NCBI RefSeq assembly: GCF_001866005.1 | Contig: NZ_MLQR01000001.1 | Location: forward strand, 661,106 to 701,105 | Direction of reading: 5' to 3' | Source: Anaerobacillus alkalilacustris | Lineage (GTDB): Bacteria; Bacillota; Bacilli; Bacillales; Anaerobacillaceae | DNA: 40,000 nucleotides | Part shown: positions 29,172 through 39,009 of the stretch, piece after piece | Layout of the letters: every line of letters begins with the position of its first letter | Position numbering within the stretch: position 1 is the stretch's first letter | Position numbers and translations under genes: made by a program | The notes under the pieces: model-generated | What the model saw: only the letters and a program-made list of their open reading frames with translations | Databases searched by the model: none | Told to the model about the DNA's origin: nothing

Positions 29172-29329
29172 AAGCTGTTTCCCCTCCATTTTTACGAATG
29201 TTACCATCATTCACTTTTTTAGGAGGGAATATACTTTAATATTCAGAATTTAAGTATTAAATGGTATCTTACAAACTTTAACAACGATTCACCCACCTTC
29301 TCATCTTATTCTGGAGTGGCTTTAAAAGC

Positions 29330-31828
29330 CTACAGTGCTTTCTTCTTTCTATTTAATCCAACTGTCTGATACATAGGTATTGTCGCCCACCTCGGTAAAT
29401 TTCTTTTCACATTCGCTACAACAACAGTCATATCATCATCTATTTTATTATCCCCTGTACGAATTACTTGTTCAATTATTAAATCAGCGACTTCTTGTGG
29501 TTCTGTTGCTTTAATTTCTTTTATGATACGCTTCATCCAAGCTTCACTATTCTCAACATGCTTTGGACCATCAAAAATTCCATCACTCATCATAATTAAC
29601 AAATCTCCAGCCTTTAATTGCTCACTGACAACATCGACATCAAATTCATTTATAATTCCCATTGGTAGATTACTAGCTTCTACCATAAAAACTTTATCTC
29701 CCCTTTTTATAAAACTAGGAGTAGAGCCGATTTTCAGGAATTTTGCAGAAGCATCTTGCAAATCAATCATCGCTAAATCCAATGTAGAGAAAATTTCATC
29801 GGTAGAACGTAAAGATAGAACTGAGTTCACAGACTTAATAGCCACTGTTTCTTCTATGCCAGACTGTAATATATTTTGAAGAAGCTGCAATGTTTCATTA
29901 CTTTCTAAATGAGCTCTCTCACCATTTCCCATTCCGTCACTTATTGCAACGGCATATTTACCAGCCCCAATCTCCATCGTTGAGTAACTATCACCAGAAA
30001 TCCATGCACCACCTTTAGCAACTGTAGCAATACCAGTCTCCACAACAAATTGTTTAGCAGAACCGAATGATACATTCGTATAACCGTTAGGGTAGTAGTT
30101 TATATCAACTTTCTTTACTACGATCGTTTCTTCTAAAATATGAGACAACATCGGGGCAACGATTTTTTCACATTCCCCATGTTCATTTGTAGGTACACTA
30201 ATTTCAATATCTACATTCCCCTCATCAAGTTGGAATATCTCTACATGTCCAATATCTACCCCTGCATCACGAAGCGCATCTAGTATTTGCTCCTCTTGAA
30301 TTTGAAGATTTTCCCTTTCTTTTTGTATTTCTTTCGCAAAATCGCCCATTACCTTTGAAACTCCTAAAAGTTGGTCTGCAACAAGTTTTCTACTTTCTAG
30401 TAACTGCCTTTTTAATTTTTTTCCTGCTTGATACTGATTTAATTCATGTTGAATCACATGAATTACTTTCTCCGCCTTCAAACAATATCTTTCCCAATCA
30501 GCTTTTAACCGTTTATTTACTTGGTGGTCGTTTTCGTAACTAAGCATAATTTCTTGCATATGATTATACGTTTTATCAAAATTTTTCGTCCAACACTGCT
30601 CCTTTCGAAAACACATTTGACATGTTTTTTCCGTAACGTTACTTAAAAAGTAGTCAACTTCTCGCTCTGGGTCTTCCTCATCAGTATCTACTTGGACGTT
30701 AGAAAAACTATTTGATAATGTTTGAAATAGGGTTGAGAATTGTTCAACCTTTCCAGCTGTTACATCTCTAAATTTCCGTAAATATTGTTGTTGCTCCTTC
30801 CAATATTCTGCAGTACCTGGAATATACTTAGAAATTCTCATAATTAAATTTCGTGGGGTTATTATAAATATAAGTATAGCTACTAGTGATTCCATTACGG
30901 TTAATGTAATGGTTCCACTCCCGTCTCCATATAAGCCTATTAATAGTGTTCCAACTAAGAGTCCAATACCAACGCCTATTTTTTTCCCATCTTTTAATAG
31001 GCCACCTAACAAACCTGAGAATGCTAATAAACTCATTTGGTAAAGACTTGCAACACTCGCTAAACTTAAAATTAGCCCTGTTACCACTCCAACTGTTGAA
31101 CCGATAGCAGCTCCACCGACAAAAGCAAAAATTAACACTAAGTATCTAGCTAATATATTTTCAGCTGCCATACCGTAAAAAATCCAACCGATCGTACCTG
31201 TCATAACTGAAGCAAGTAAAATAATTAAACAAATGATTTCTTCATTTTTCAAAGAATGTTTGCGCTTTCTCTCTGTAATAATTGGAACACTTTGAATAAA
31301 AATCATCGTCAGAATAAAACTTAGACCACCCTCAACAACCGATACTAACCAAACATAATTTGTAATTGTTCCTTCTAAAACATACGCAAGCAACGTTTTC
31401 GAAATAAAAATAGCAGCAAAGACTAAAAATGGTAATAACCTTGACTTGTTGTCATATAATCTATTAAATAAGCGATATAAAAATAAAAAAGTTAAAATAG
31501 AAACAAAAGCATAACCACCATTAATAGGATCAATCGTGATTGCACCGGCTATTAAAGCTAACATAGCAATAGTAGCCTTTTCACGTTTTAATAGAAAGAT
31601 TGCTGCAAAAAACGGCAAGATAAAAGGTAGCATTTCTGATAAAATGATTGCCCGTCCAAGTAAAAATCCAATAATGAAAATTAAAAATCCCCATTTATAG
31701 AAGATAAGTGAAAATAGTTTGCCAAATCGATCCGTCTCACTTTCCTTTAGGTAGTTATCCCCATTCATTGAATTTGACAGTACCGTTCCTCTCATTGGTT
31801 CAACTGCTTTCAGTACTTTTCGAAACAC
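29330..31828 (-). CDS. spoIIE: Stage II sporulation protein E (PP2C phosphatase for SpoIIAA-P)
   Basis: 832 aa. About 10 N-terminal TM segments, a central domain and a C-terminal PP2C domain (ISDGMGNGERA, LIMMSDG). GTG start with a GGTGGTGG RBS. Confidence 0.95.
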   Translation of the reverse strand: MFRKVLKAVEPMRGTVLSNSMNGDNYLKESETDRFGKLFSLIFYKWGFLIFIIGFLLGRAIILSEMLPFILPFFAAIFLLKREKATIAMLALIAGAITIDPINGGYAFVSILTFLFLYRLFNRLYDNKSRLLPFLVFAAIFISKTLLAYVLEGTITNYVWLVSVVEGGLSFILTMIFIQSVPIITERKRKHSLKNEEIICLIILLASVMTGTIGWIFYGMAAENILARYLVLIFAFVGGAAIGSTVGVVTGLILSLASVASLYQMSLLAFSGLLGGLLKDGKKIGVGIGLLVGTLLIGLYGDGSGTITLTVMESLVAILIFIITPRNLIMRISKYIPGTAEYWKEQQQYLRKFRDVTAGKVEQFSTLFQTLSNSFSNVQVDTDEEDPEREVDYFLSNVTEKTCQMCFRKEQCWTKNFDKTYNHMQEIMLSYENDHQVNKRLKADWERYCLKAEKVIHVIQHELNQYQAGKKLKRQLLESRKLVADQLLGVSKVMGDFAKEIQKERENLQIQEEQILDALRDAGVDIGHVEIFQLDEGNVDIEISVPTNEHGECEKIVAPMLSHILEETIVVKKVDINYYPNGYTNVSFGSAKQFVVETGIATVAKGGAWISGDSYSTMEIGAGKYAVAISDGMGNGERAHLESNETLQLLQNILQSGIEETVAIKSVNSVLSLRSTDEIFSTLDLAMIDLQDASAKFLKIGSTPSFIKRGDKVFMVEASNLPMGIINEFDVDVVSEQLKAGDLLIMMSDGIFDGPKHVENSEAWMKRIIKEIKATEPQEVADLIIEQVIRTGDNKIDDDMTVVVANVKRNLPRWATIPMYQTVGLNRKKKAL

Positions 31829-31862
31829 TTATATCCACCACCCGTTTTTTTATCGTGTTTCT

Positions 31863-31896
31863 ATTATAAGCAGATCTTTCATTCAATTTTTGTCAA
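31863..31896 (-). promoter_or_regulatory. spoIIE promoter with overlong spacer, plus Spo0A-box-like sequences upstream
   Basis: Minus strand: TTGACA (31896-31891), 22-nt spacer, TATAAT (31868-31863). The B. subtilis spoIIE promoter is known for a ~21-bp spacer and Spo0A dependence. 0A-box-like heptamers (AGTCGAA, TTAGACA, TTTGACA) occur between 31890 and 31940. Confidence 0.5.
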
Positions 31897-32045
31897 AACA
31901 ACAGAGCTTGTCTAAAAAAGTGTTCGACTCGTTTCTAGTAAGCTAGTCAAAAAAACACTCAAAGATTGCACAATAATTTTAGTATATGTAAAAGCATCTC
32001 GAATTGTACTACAAAACCAATTCGAAAAGGCGAAATTTGGAAAAA

Positions 32046-32241
32046 GGTTTTCGTGCGACGAGTAACCGCAGGAGCAATTGGTTTTCGTGCGACGAGTAAC
32101 CGCAGGAGCAAAGCTGCGTGAAGTTAATCGACGAAGGATCTCATGCAGTGATTGAAGTTAGTTGCTTGTCTGAAGTGACGAAGCTCGTAGGCGCCTGGAG
32201 ATAGACAGTTTTTAAGCAAAGAAATTTTATTCTTTCTTAGC
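32046..32241 (-). repeat. Structured intergenic repeat, long form, copy D, with an internal 34-bp tandem duplication
   Basis: GGTTTTCGTGCGACGAGTAACCGCAGGAGCAA occurs at 32046 and 32080. It is followed by AGCTGCGTGAAG...ATTGAAGTTAG...CTGAAGTGACGAAGCTCGTAGGCGCCTGGAGATAGACAGTTTTTAAGCAAAGAAATTTTATTCTTTCTTAGC. Confidence 0.8.
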
Positions 32242-32243
32242 TT

Positions 32244-32280
32244 AAAACTAAAACACCCTTCTTTCCGAAGGGTGTTTTAT
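32244..32280 (-). terminator. yabR rho-independent terminator
   Basis: AAACACCCTT (32251-32260) pairs with AAGGGTGTTT (32269-32278). T-rich on both sides. Confidence 0.85.
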
Positions 32281-32326
32281 TATATATTAAAGATATTTAT
32301 TATGTTCAATTGTCAAATGCAGCAAG

Positions 32327-32800
32327 TTAGCCTCGTCTAGCACCTCGACCTCCACGTTTTGATTCTGTGTTACGCTTTAAAGAAGTAAGTCTTTCCTCAC
32401 TATCTTTTAAAAAGCGATTCATTTTATCCTCAAAAGAAAGGGATGGACGAGCTTGGTTATTCCTATTGCCATTATTACGAGATCCATATTGTTTGTTTCC
32501 TGGTCTTTCTTGATCACGATCACGTGGCGGCCTTTTTTGAGGTCTTGGTTGCTCTTCTTGTGGACGCTCCTTAGCCTTTCTTATTGAAAGTCCAATTTTA
32601 CCGTCCTTTTCAACTGCAATAACTTTAACCTCAACTTCGTCACCAACTTTTAATATTTCATTGATGTCTTTAACATAATTATCCGCTACCTCACTAATGT
32701 GAACAAGCCCAGTAATACCACCTGGCAGCTCAATAAATGCTCCAAAATGGGTGATACCTGTTACCTTCCCTTGTAACTTGCTGCCTACTTCGATTGACAT
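32327..32800 (-). CDS. yabR: S1 RNA-binding domain protein YabR
   Basis: MSIEVGSKLQGKVTGITHFGAFIELPGGITGLVHISE S1 fold with a basic, disordered C-terminal tail. Start refined to ATG 32800 (AAGGAGG upstream). Confidence 0.85.
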   Translation of the reverse strand: MSIEVGSKLQGKVTGITHFGAFIELPGGITGLVHISEVADNYVKDINEILKVGDEVEVKVIAVEKDGKIGLSIRKAKERPQEEQPRPQKRPPRDRDQERPGNKQYGSRNNGNRNNQARPSLSFEDKMNRFLKDSEERLTSLKRNTESKRGGRGARRG

Positions 32801-32870
32801 GAAAAAAATGCTCCTCCTTAAAAACATAATTATAATACTATCTAATTATACATGATAAAAAAAACAAGTG

Positions 32871-33260
32871 TCAATCAGCAGTAATAGTTGGGAGTTTAAA
32901 GATAATCTCTCCTGGTTTGGTTAAGAAATAATCTCTTCTAGCAATTTCTGCAATGTACTCAAGACTATTTAAATTTTCTATTTCGTCTATGAGATCTCTC
33001 TCCACTAACTGTAACTGAACTAGTTCATTCTCTAGATATTGTTTTTTCTCTATTTTCTGACTAAGAACAGTATGTTGTGATTGTAGAGTTATTACTGTAG
33101 CTACCATTACAGTCGCAACAAATAAACCTAAGGCACTAAGGCGACGAACAAGTCCTTTATTACTTATTGACTTCTGCTCTATTTTCTTATCATGCTGTTC
33201 ATTGTAATGAGAGTTGAGCTCTCTTACATTCCTTTGTTGTGCGCTATTCATCCTCATCAC
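32871..33260 (-). CDS. divIC: Cell division protein DivIC (FtsB/septum formation initiator family)
   Basis: Single TM segment followed by a coiled coil (LENELVQLQLVERDLIDEIENL) and IAEIARRDYFLTKPGEIIF. The exact start among the GTG/ATG cluster is uncertain. Confidence 0.85.
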   Translation of the reverse strand: MMRMNSAQQRNVRELNSHYNEQHDKKIEQKSISNKGLVRRLSALGLFVATVMVATVITLQSQHTVLSQKIEKKQYLENELVQLQLVERDLIDEIENLNSLEYIAEIARRDYFLTKPGEIIFKLPTITAD

Positions 33261-33286
33261 CCTTTTACGACTCTTATATTATAAAC

Positions 33287-33874
33287 TTACTCTTTTTTAT
33301 TAAGCCGTTGTTTTATATAGTTCTTTATTTTGCTTAAAAATCCTAGTTTACTTTTATATTTTTTGATTTTTTCCTTCGGCAAAAGCCTCCAAATTCCTTT
33401 ACCAATCCAAATGAAAGGTGTATAAATGACTTTTAAAAGGAAAAATATGACTGATATTGTAAAACTTATTATCATCATACACAGCTTGTATAAAAGTTTC
33501 AACAACTCTTTCGTAGGATTTATAATAAGCATAAATAAAGCAGCTTTACAAAATTTATAGGTTTTAATAATTGTTGAGATAAGTGCTTCTAGAATCTTTA
33601 GATATATACTAAATAAAAGAGCTCGATAGCAGGAATAACCACACAACAGAGCAAGCAAAATATAAAATCTCATTTCCCCTTCATTTACTTGCAATAAAAT
33701 ATAAAATACAATAAGCCCTTGTAAAACCCAAAACAAACTATCATTAATGACTGTAATCCATTTTTTCCACTTACGACCTCTAATTAAGCGGCTATAGGTG
33801 TCGATAGCCATACCTAGCCATCCACCCATAGCCACCATAATAAGCATGGTTTGCAGTTGAACTGTTAGACTCAC
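33287..33874 (-). CDS. yabQ: Spore cortex biosynthesis membrane protein YabQ
   Basis: 195-aa multi-TM protein. Its start overlaps the yabP stop by 4 nt, in the conserved yabP-yabQ-divIC order. Confidence 0.8.
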   Translation of the reverse strand: MSLTVQLQTMLIMVAMGGWLGMAIDTYSRLIRGRKWKKWITVINDSLFWVLQGLIVFYILLQVNEGEMRFYILLALLCGYSCYRALLFSIYLKILEALISTIIKTYKFCKAALFMLIINPTKELLKLLYKLCMMIISFTISVIFFLLKVIYTPFIWIGKGIWRLLPKEKIKKYKSKLGFLSKIKNYIKQRLNKKE

Positions 33875-34179
33875 TTGAATAACTTCCCAAAGAAGCCTTT
33901 GGCCTTATCATTCTGTTGCTGATCTAAATATACAAGGTCGTAAATTTTTCCTTCAATAGAAACAATACCTTGATCTACATCTAGGTTTTTCATGTGAAGA
34001 TTGTGCCCTCGAATTGCTAAAAAGCCTAATTCTGTTTCCATTAAGAACTCTTCGTTATCAAAGCTTTCCACTTGCTTTACTCCTGTAATATCTAAGTGTT
34101 TTCTCCCCCGCATAGTAATATTATGTTCTTTCATCTTTTTATCTCTCCCCATTGGAGTGCCGAATTCATACTGATCCAT
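33871..34179 (-). CDS. yabP: Sporulation protein YabP
   Basis: HNITMRGRKHLDITGVKQVESFDNEEF...IEGKIYDL is the characteristic YabP family sequence. GAGGAGG RBS 8 nt upstream. Confidence 0.9.
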   Translation of the reverse strand: MDQYEFGTPMGRDKKMKEHNITMRGRKHLDITGVKQVESFDNEEFLMETELGFLAIRGHNLHMKNLDVDQGIVSIEGKIYDLVYLDQQQNDKAKGFFGKLFK

Positions 34180-34261
34180 ACTAAATTCCTCCTCGTATCC
34201 TCTATTTACGCTTATATTTATGTAAACGAGTTAAAGAATAGAACAAGCCTTTTTTCAAAGC

Positions 34262-34400
34262 GGTGTTTTGTAAAAAGTGTAACCGTAGAAGCAGGTTTTG
34301 TGTGACGAGTAACCGTGCATAAAGGCAATCAGAGATGTATTTCATATAGTTATTAAAGCAGTTGCTTGACTGAAATGACTGACCTAGTAGCATTTCTCTC
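34262..34400 (-). repeat. Structured intergenic repeat, degenerate long-form copy E
   Basis: GTTTTGTAAAAAGTGTAACCGTAGAAGCA and GGTTTTGTGTGACGAGTAACCGTGCATAAAG are a decayed version of the 34-bp module pair. These are followed by ...TTATTAAAGCAGTTGCTTGACTGAAATGACTGACCTAGTAGC. Confidence 0.5.
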
Positions 34401-34410
34401 TATACTAATA

Positions 34411-34446
34411 TTTAGAAAAAGGAGTGACCGAGGTCATCTCCTTTTT
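34411..34446 (-). terminator. yabO rho-independent terminator
   Basis: AAAAAGGAGTGACC pairs with GGTCATCTCCTTTTT (34416-34446). T run on the minus strand. Confidence 0.8.
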
Positions 34447-34722
34447 CTAAAATTGATTTTCTGTTGTATGAACTGGTTCCTCTTTTAATATCGTGTACAT
34501 AGTCGCTGCTTCATCTTTTTTAGATGTTTCCTTAATATCATCAATTCTAACAGTTACCATCTTTTGACCGAAGCGTACTTTTAATTCATCTCCAATTTTC
34601 ACCGTTGAACTTGCTTTTGCAACTTGCCCATTTATCGAAATTCTTCCTTGATCAGAAACCTCTTTCGCTAGAGTTCTACGCTTGATTAAGCGTGACACTT
34701 TCAAAAATTTATCTAACCTCAA
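34447..34722 (-). CDS. yabO: S4-domain RNA-binding protein YabO (RqcP, ribosome quality control)
   Basis: MRLDKFLKVSRLIKRRTLAKEVSDQGRISINGQVAKAS is a typical S4/Hsp15-like domain. TTG start with a GGGGGG RBS. Confidence 0.9.
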   Translation of the reverse strand: MRLDKFLKVSRLIKRRTLAKEVSDQGRISINGQVAKASSTVKIGDELKVRFGQKMVTVRIDDIKETSKKDEAATMYTILKEEPVHTTENQF

Positions 34723-34787
34723 TTTTATCCCCCCAAATTAACTAGATTACAGTTGATTTAAACATTTTTTTGATGCTAGCAACCAAA

Positions 34788-36248
34788 TTACATCTTTTTC
34801 GCTTCTTCCCATATGGCATCTAAATACGCCAAGTCCACTTCAGCGAAGGTTAGCCCACGTTCTTGTAGTGTTTTTTCAATATAAGCAAATCTGTTAAAAA
34901 ATTTCTCGTTTGTTGAGTGGAGCGCTAACTCAGGATCGATCTGATAATATCGAGCCAAGTTAACAAAAGCAAACAATACGTCACCGAACTCTTTTCTTGT
35001 TTTTTCTGAATTATTTTGCTTTGTTTCAATCATAAATTCAGCAATTTCTTCTTGAACCTTCATCCAAATCGGGGCTACTTCATCCCAATCAAAGCCAACT
35101 TTTGCTGCTTTTTTTTGAAGATTACTTGCCCGCGATAAGGCAGGCATACTTTTAGGAACTCCTGATAAAAACGATTGATCACTTTGGCCACTTGTTTCTT
35201 TTTCCTGTCGCTTAATTTCATCCCACTTCTTAATAACTTCTTCTGAATCAGATAAATTTCCTTCTTCGAAAACATGTGGATGTCTTCTAATCATTTTTTC
35301 TGTGAGAGAAGAAATAACATCGTCTACCGAAAACATTCCTTCATCTTCACCAATTTGAGCGTGCAGCATAACCTGCAAGAGAACATCACCTAGTTCTTCT
35401 GCTAAATGATCCTCATCCTCTTCATCAATAGCATCAAGAACTTCATATGCTTCTTCTAATAAATATTTTTTCAAAGAGGTATGAGTCTGCTTTTTATCCC
35501 AAGGACATCCGTTAGGGCCTCTTAGGTGAGCAATTACTTCTCTTAGTTTCTCAAAATCACGATAAAGAATTGTTTCGTCTTTAACCGGTGGTACATAAAC
35601 GGCTGTTAAGTTATTTAAAATAGCTACACGATCTAACTCATATAGTGGTACCTTTTTGATCTCTTCTTGGCTACTCCCTGCTGCAGTGACGATCGTAACT
35701 TCATATTCATCAGGTAATAGATCCATTAAAGTTAATTTCACTTCACTTGCAATAAACGCATCGTAGACTTGGCAAATGATTATATGATGTCTTACTTGTA
35801 TTTCCGCTTTTAAAAGCGCCGTCCCATCAACAATTTGACAGCCTTCAATAGGGTCAATTTGTAGGGCTTGAAACATATTATCTAGAAAGCTTTGCCCACC
35901 AACTATCTCTAAAGTAATATTGTGTTCTTTTGATTGTTGTACTAGTAACTGTACAGTACTTTCAGCAACAAAAGGGTGACCAGGAACACCATAAACAATA
36001 TCCTTTTCTTTTGCTTTTTTTATTAGTTGGGATGTGATTTCTTGATAAACATCTTTAAATTGGTCATTATTTTCATATACGTGGTCAAAGGATTGATAAG
36101 TAAATCCTTCAGCTTCAAGTTGTTCGACAACTGGGTGTTCTTTCGTTCGGAGATACACATTTTCAGACTTCATTAACGTATGGTATATACCTAAAGGCAT
36201 TTGATTAAGGTCTCCAGCCCCTAAACCTAAAATAACAATTTTCCCCAT
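34788..36248 (-). CDS. mazG: YabN: tetrapyrrole-methylase-like domain fused to a MazG nucleoside triphosphate pyrophosphohydrolase
   Basis: 486 aa. N-terminal GKIVILGLGAGD methylase-like fold. C-terminal tandem MazG repeats (EEAYEVLDAI...ELGDVLLQV and EEIAEF...EFGDVLFAFVNLAR). Confidence 0.9.
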   Translation of the reverse strand: MGKIVILGLGAGDLNQMPLGIYHTLMKSENVYLRTKEHPVVEQLEAEGFTYQSFDHVYENNDQFKDVYQEITSQLIKKAKEKDIVYGVPGHPFVAESTVQLLVQQSKEHNITLEIVGGQSFLDNMFQALQIDPIEGCQIVDGTALLKAEIQVRHHIIICQVYDAFIASEVKLTLMDLLPDEYEVTIVTAAGSSQEEIKKVPLYELDRVAILNNLTAVYVPPVKDETILYRDFEKLREVIAHLRGPNGCPWDKKQTHTSLKKYLLEEAYEVLDAIDEEDEDHLAEELGDVLLQVMLHAQIGEDEGMFSVDDVISSLTEKMIRRHPHVFEEGNLSDSEEVIKKWDEIKRQEKETSGQSDQSFLSGVPKSMPALSRASNLQKKAAKVGFDWDEVAPIWMKVQEEIAEFMIETKQNNSEKTRKEFGDVLFAFVNLARYYQIDPELALHSTNEKFFNRFAYIEKTLQERGLTFAEVDLAYLDAIWEEAKKM

Positions 36249-36347
36249 TACCTTGCTCCTTCCAGATGTGTATTAAGTTTATAAGATAACATTTCTATTG
36301 AATTTAACAACATAAGCCTGATGAACATTTTAATAACAATAACCTAG

Positions 36348-37937
36348 TTATGTACTATTTTTTGACTGCATAAACGCTGCAAGCTTTCTAATTTTCGGTA
36401 TATGTTCTAACTCATCTTCTGAAAATAGCTTATTTATAATCATCAATATTAATAATATAAAAACTCCAATGGTTACACTACTTATAGCAATAAATGCATT
36501 ACCAATTCGACTATAGACTAAATCATTAAAAATAATTAAACTACTTTGCTTCCATATAAAAGTAACTAACCCCATTACCACCAAAGAAAGGATTGTCTTA
36601 ATTCCCCTTGGATAGTGTATCGTCGGCAAAACATTGTTCTTTCGTAACACATAGAAATTTAAACTTGCACAGATAGCACATGAGATTACCGTAGCCATGG
36701 CTGCACCCAATGTACCGTGTACAGGAATTAACCAAAGATTAAGTATTAATTTAACGAGTAAACCAACTATTACATGAACAACAGTAACATAAACTTTGTT
36801 TAACCCGTGTAAAATAGCTGATGTAGTTAGAAAAATAGATGTAAAAAATATCGCCATACCCATAGTACCAAGCACAACAGAATCTTTATCGTCTTTAAAA
36901 AGCATCACATTAGTAGGATCTATAATGACTGCAAGACCTATTGAGGCCGCTGCACCTATGAGAAAGCTAATACGAAAGGCAAGGCCACTATACTTTTTGA
37001 CTAAATCTTGTTTTCCCTCTAAATTTACTTTCGCAATAAGCGGCACGATTATTAAAGAGAAAGACGTTGTAATTACTGTACCCATCTGCACAAGAGGTTG
37101 TCCACGATCAAAGACTCCTTTAGATACCTTTGCAACTTCTAAAGCTACCCCATTTTCGAGTAAAATTCTTAATACAGTGATTGAATCAATAAGTTGAAAA
37201 ATAATCAATAAAAGACTACTCAGACATACCATAATCCCTTGTATAAAAATGATTTTTACTATGTCCATACTTATTCGTTTGTTGTGTAGAGGTGGATCAG
37301 TTTTTTTATATTTTTGATAATAAAATAAAAGGACAAAAAAACCAATAAAACCTCCAATAACTGAAGCTATTGCCGCTCCCGTTCCCGCAGCATAGGGTCC
37401 ATAACCATTTATGATAAAAATATAGGTAACAAATAAAATGGCACATACTCGAGAGAATTGTTCGCTAACTTGAGAAACAGCTGTTGGCAACATTTCCTCC
37501 TGACCTTGAAAAAAACCTCGCAATACAGAAAGAAAAGGGATGATAAAAAAGATAAACGAAACGGCTCTTAAAGGGGTTTCTAAATTTTCATCGCCCATAA
37601 ATTTAGCTAACGTTGGAGTAGTAAAATAAATAAGGATAAAGCCTAAAAAGCTGAATGTTAGTAAGCTCCAAAAAGCACTCTTAATAATTGTATGACGCTC
37701 ATTTTTTCTTTCTAAAATCAACCTAGAAATAATGATCGGAAATCCATATGTAGATAAAGCAACCGCAACTCCATAGATAGGATAAATTTGTTGATAAACA
37801 TAAAACCCTACATCTCCAACGATGTTTTGAAATGGTACCCGATAAATCGCACTTAAGATTTTTATCACGACCGCCGCGAGGGACAAATACAATGCACCCT
37901 TCCATAGCTTCTTTCCTTTATTCAATTCGCTTTGCAT
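36348..37937 (-). CDS. yabM: MOP-superfamily polysaccharide/lipid II flippase-like membrane protein YabM
   Basis: 529 aa with ~14 TM segments, SpoVB/MurJ-like. Conserved position between spoVT and yabN. Confidence 0.85.
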   Translation of the reverse strand: MQSELNKGKKLWKGALYLSLAAVVIKILSAIYRVPFQNIVGDVGFYVYQQIYPIYGVAVALSTYGFPIIISRLILERKNERHTIIKSAFWSLLTFSFLGFILIYFTTPTLAKFMGDENLETPLRAVSFIFFIIPFLSVLRGFFQGQEEMLPTAVSQVSEQFSRVCAILFVTYIFIINGYGPYAAGTGAAIASVIGGFIGFFVLLFYYQKYKKTDPPLHNKRISMDIVKIIFIQGIMVCLSSLLLIIFQLIDSITVLRILLENGVALEVAKVSKGVFDRGQPLVQMGTVITTSFSLIIVPLIAKVNLEGKQDLVKKYSGLAFRISFLIGAAASIGLAVIIDPTNVMLFKDDKDSVVLGTMGMAIFFTSIFLTTSAILHGLNKVYVTVVHVIVGLLVKLILNLWLIPVHGTLGAAMATVISCAICASLNFYVLRKNNVLPTIHYPRGIKTILSLVVMGLVTFIWKQSSLIIFNDLVYSRIGNAFIAISSVTIGVFILLILMIINKLFSEDELEHIPKIRKLAAFMQSKNST

Positions 37938-38162
37938 TTTATTCCACCTAAACCTTTCACAAAACTCTTGCTATTATAGCATACCGTTTCAACTCCAAGT
38001 ATTTCTAATGTTTTATCAAATGAGCCAATTCCATAATCATACTCTTTCAATCACACCAGTCCATACCGAAGCATTTCAATTTAACTAAATATAGTTAATG
38101 CTCTCCAAATTTGTATGATGGAACCAGCAGGAAAAAATTTATTGATATATTTTTAGGGAAAT

Positions 38163-38190
38163 AGAAAAAGAAGGGTCAATAACCCTTCTA
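38163..38190 (-). terminator. spoVT rho-independent terminator
   Basis: AGAAGGGT (38169-38176) pairs with ACCCTTCT (38182-38189). T run on the minus strand. Confidence 0.85.
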
Positions 38191-38212
38191 ATGGCTCTTA
38201 TATTTATTACTT

Positions 38213-38752
38213 TTATTGTTCCATTTGTCTTGCTAAAAATCCAGCTGCTGTTTCAGACAATTTTTGTTCAACGTCACCCATTGTTCGATCATTTTTTGAT
38301 AACATAACTACAGCACCAATTGGATCACCGTTTGCTACAATAGGGGCAACTACATATGATGTAATCTCTTCGGTAGAATCCCCTACAATGTTATATTCAC
38401 CCTGGCTTGTTTGAACGATAGACTGTCTGTCATTCATAGCAGTCTCAACAATTTCACCAATATTTTTGTTAGAGTAATCTTTCTTTGAACCGCCCGCAAC
38501 AGCTATATATGTATCGCGATCAGCTATAAGAACGACATGATTCAAACTTTCAAAAAGCGCTTCCGCATATTCTTTGGCAAAGTCACCTAACTCAGAAATT
38601 GGGGAGTACTTCTTTAGGATCACTTCTCCGTCTCTATCGACAAAAATTTCTAATGGATCGCCTTCACGAATTCTTAGCGTTCGGCGTATCTCTTTTGGGA
38701 TTACTACACGACCTAAATCATCAATTCGACGTACAATTCCAGTAGCTTTCAT
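38213..38752 (-). CDS. spoVT: Stage V sporulation regulator SpoVT (AbrB-type N-terminal domain plus GAF-like domain)
   Basis: MKATGIVRRIDDLGRVVIPKEIRRTLRIREGDPLEIF is nearly invariant among SpoVT proteins. Confidence 0.95.
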   Translation of the reverse strand: MKATGIVRRIDDLGRVVIPKEIRRTLRIREGDPLEIFVDRDGEVILKKYSPISELGDFAKEYAEALFESLNHVVLIADRDTYIAVAGGSKKDYSNKNIGEIVETAMNDRQSIVQTSQGEYNIVGDSTEEITSYVVAPIVANGDPIGAVVMLSKNDRTMGDVEQKLSETAAGFLARQMEQ

Positions 38753-38850
38753 TTCTGATGATGCCTCACTTTCTTTGTTGTAGTTACTTGATGTTAAGGA
38801 ATCAATTTCTTTAGCTTAGAACTAAGAAATTAATACTTAATTCTTAGTCT

Positions 38851-38880
38851 TATTATCCTTCTTTAAGTAAGAACTATTCA
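38851..38880 (-). promoter_or_regulatory. Candidate forespore (sigma-G type) promoter for spoVT
   Basis: Minus strand: TGAATA (38880-38875), 18-nt spacer, ATAATA (38856-38851). spoVT is sigma-G dependent in B. subtilis. Confidence 0.35.
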
Positions 38881-39009
38881 CCATTTCTTCAATTATTTGC
38901 TTAATTGTAATAACTGGCTTTTACCATTTTTATCACGGCAAGCTTAGTTTTTCTTTTTTAGTGAACATTATTCAAAAAGGCATCGTCAAATGACGAAATA
39001 GGTCGTTAC

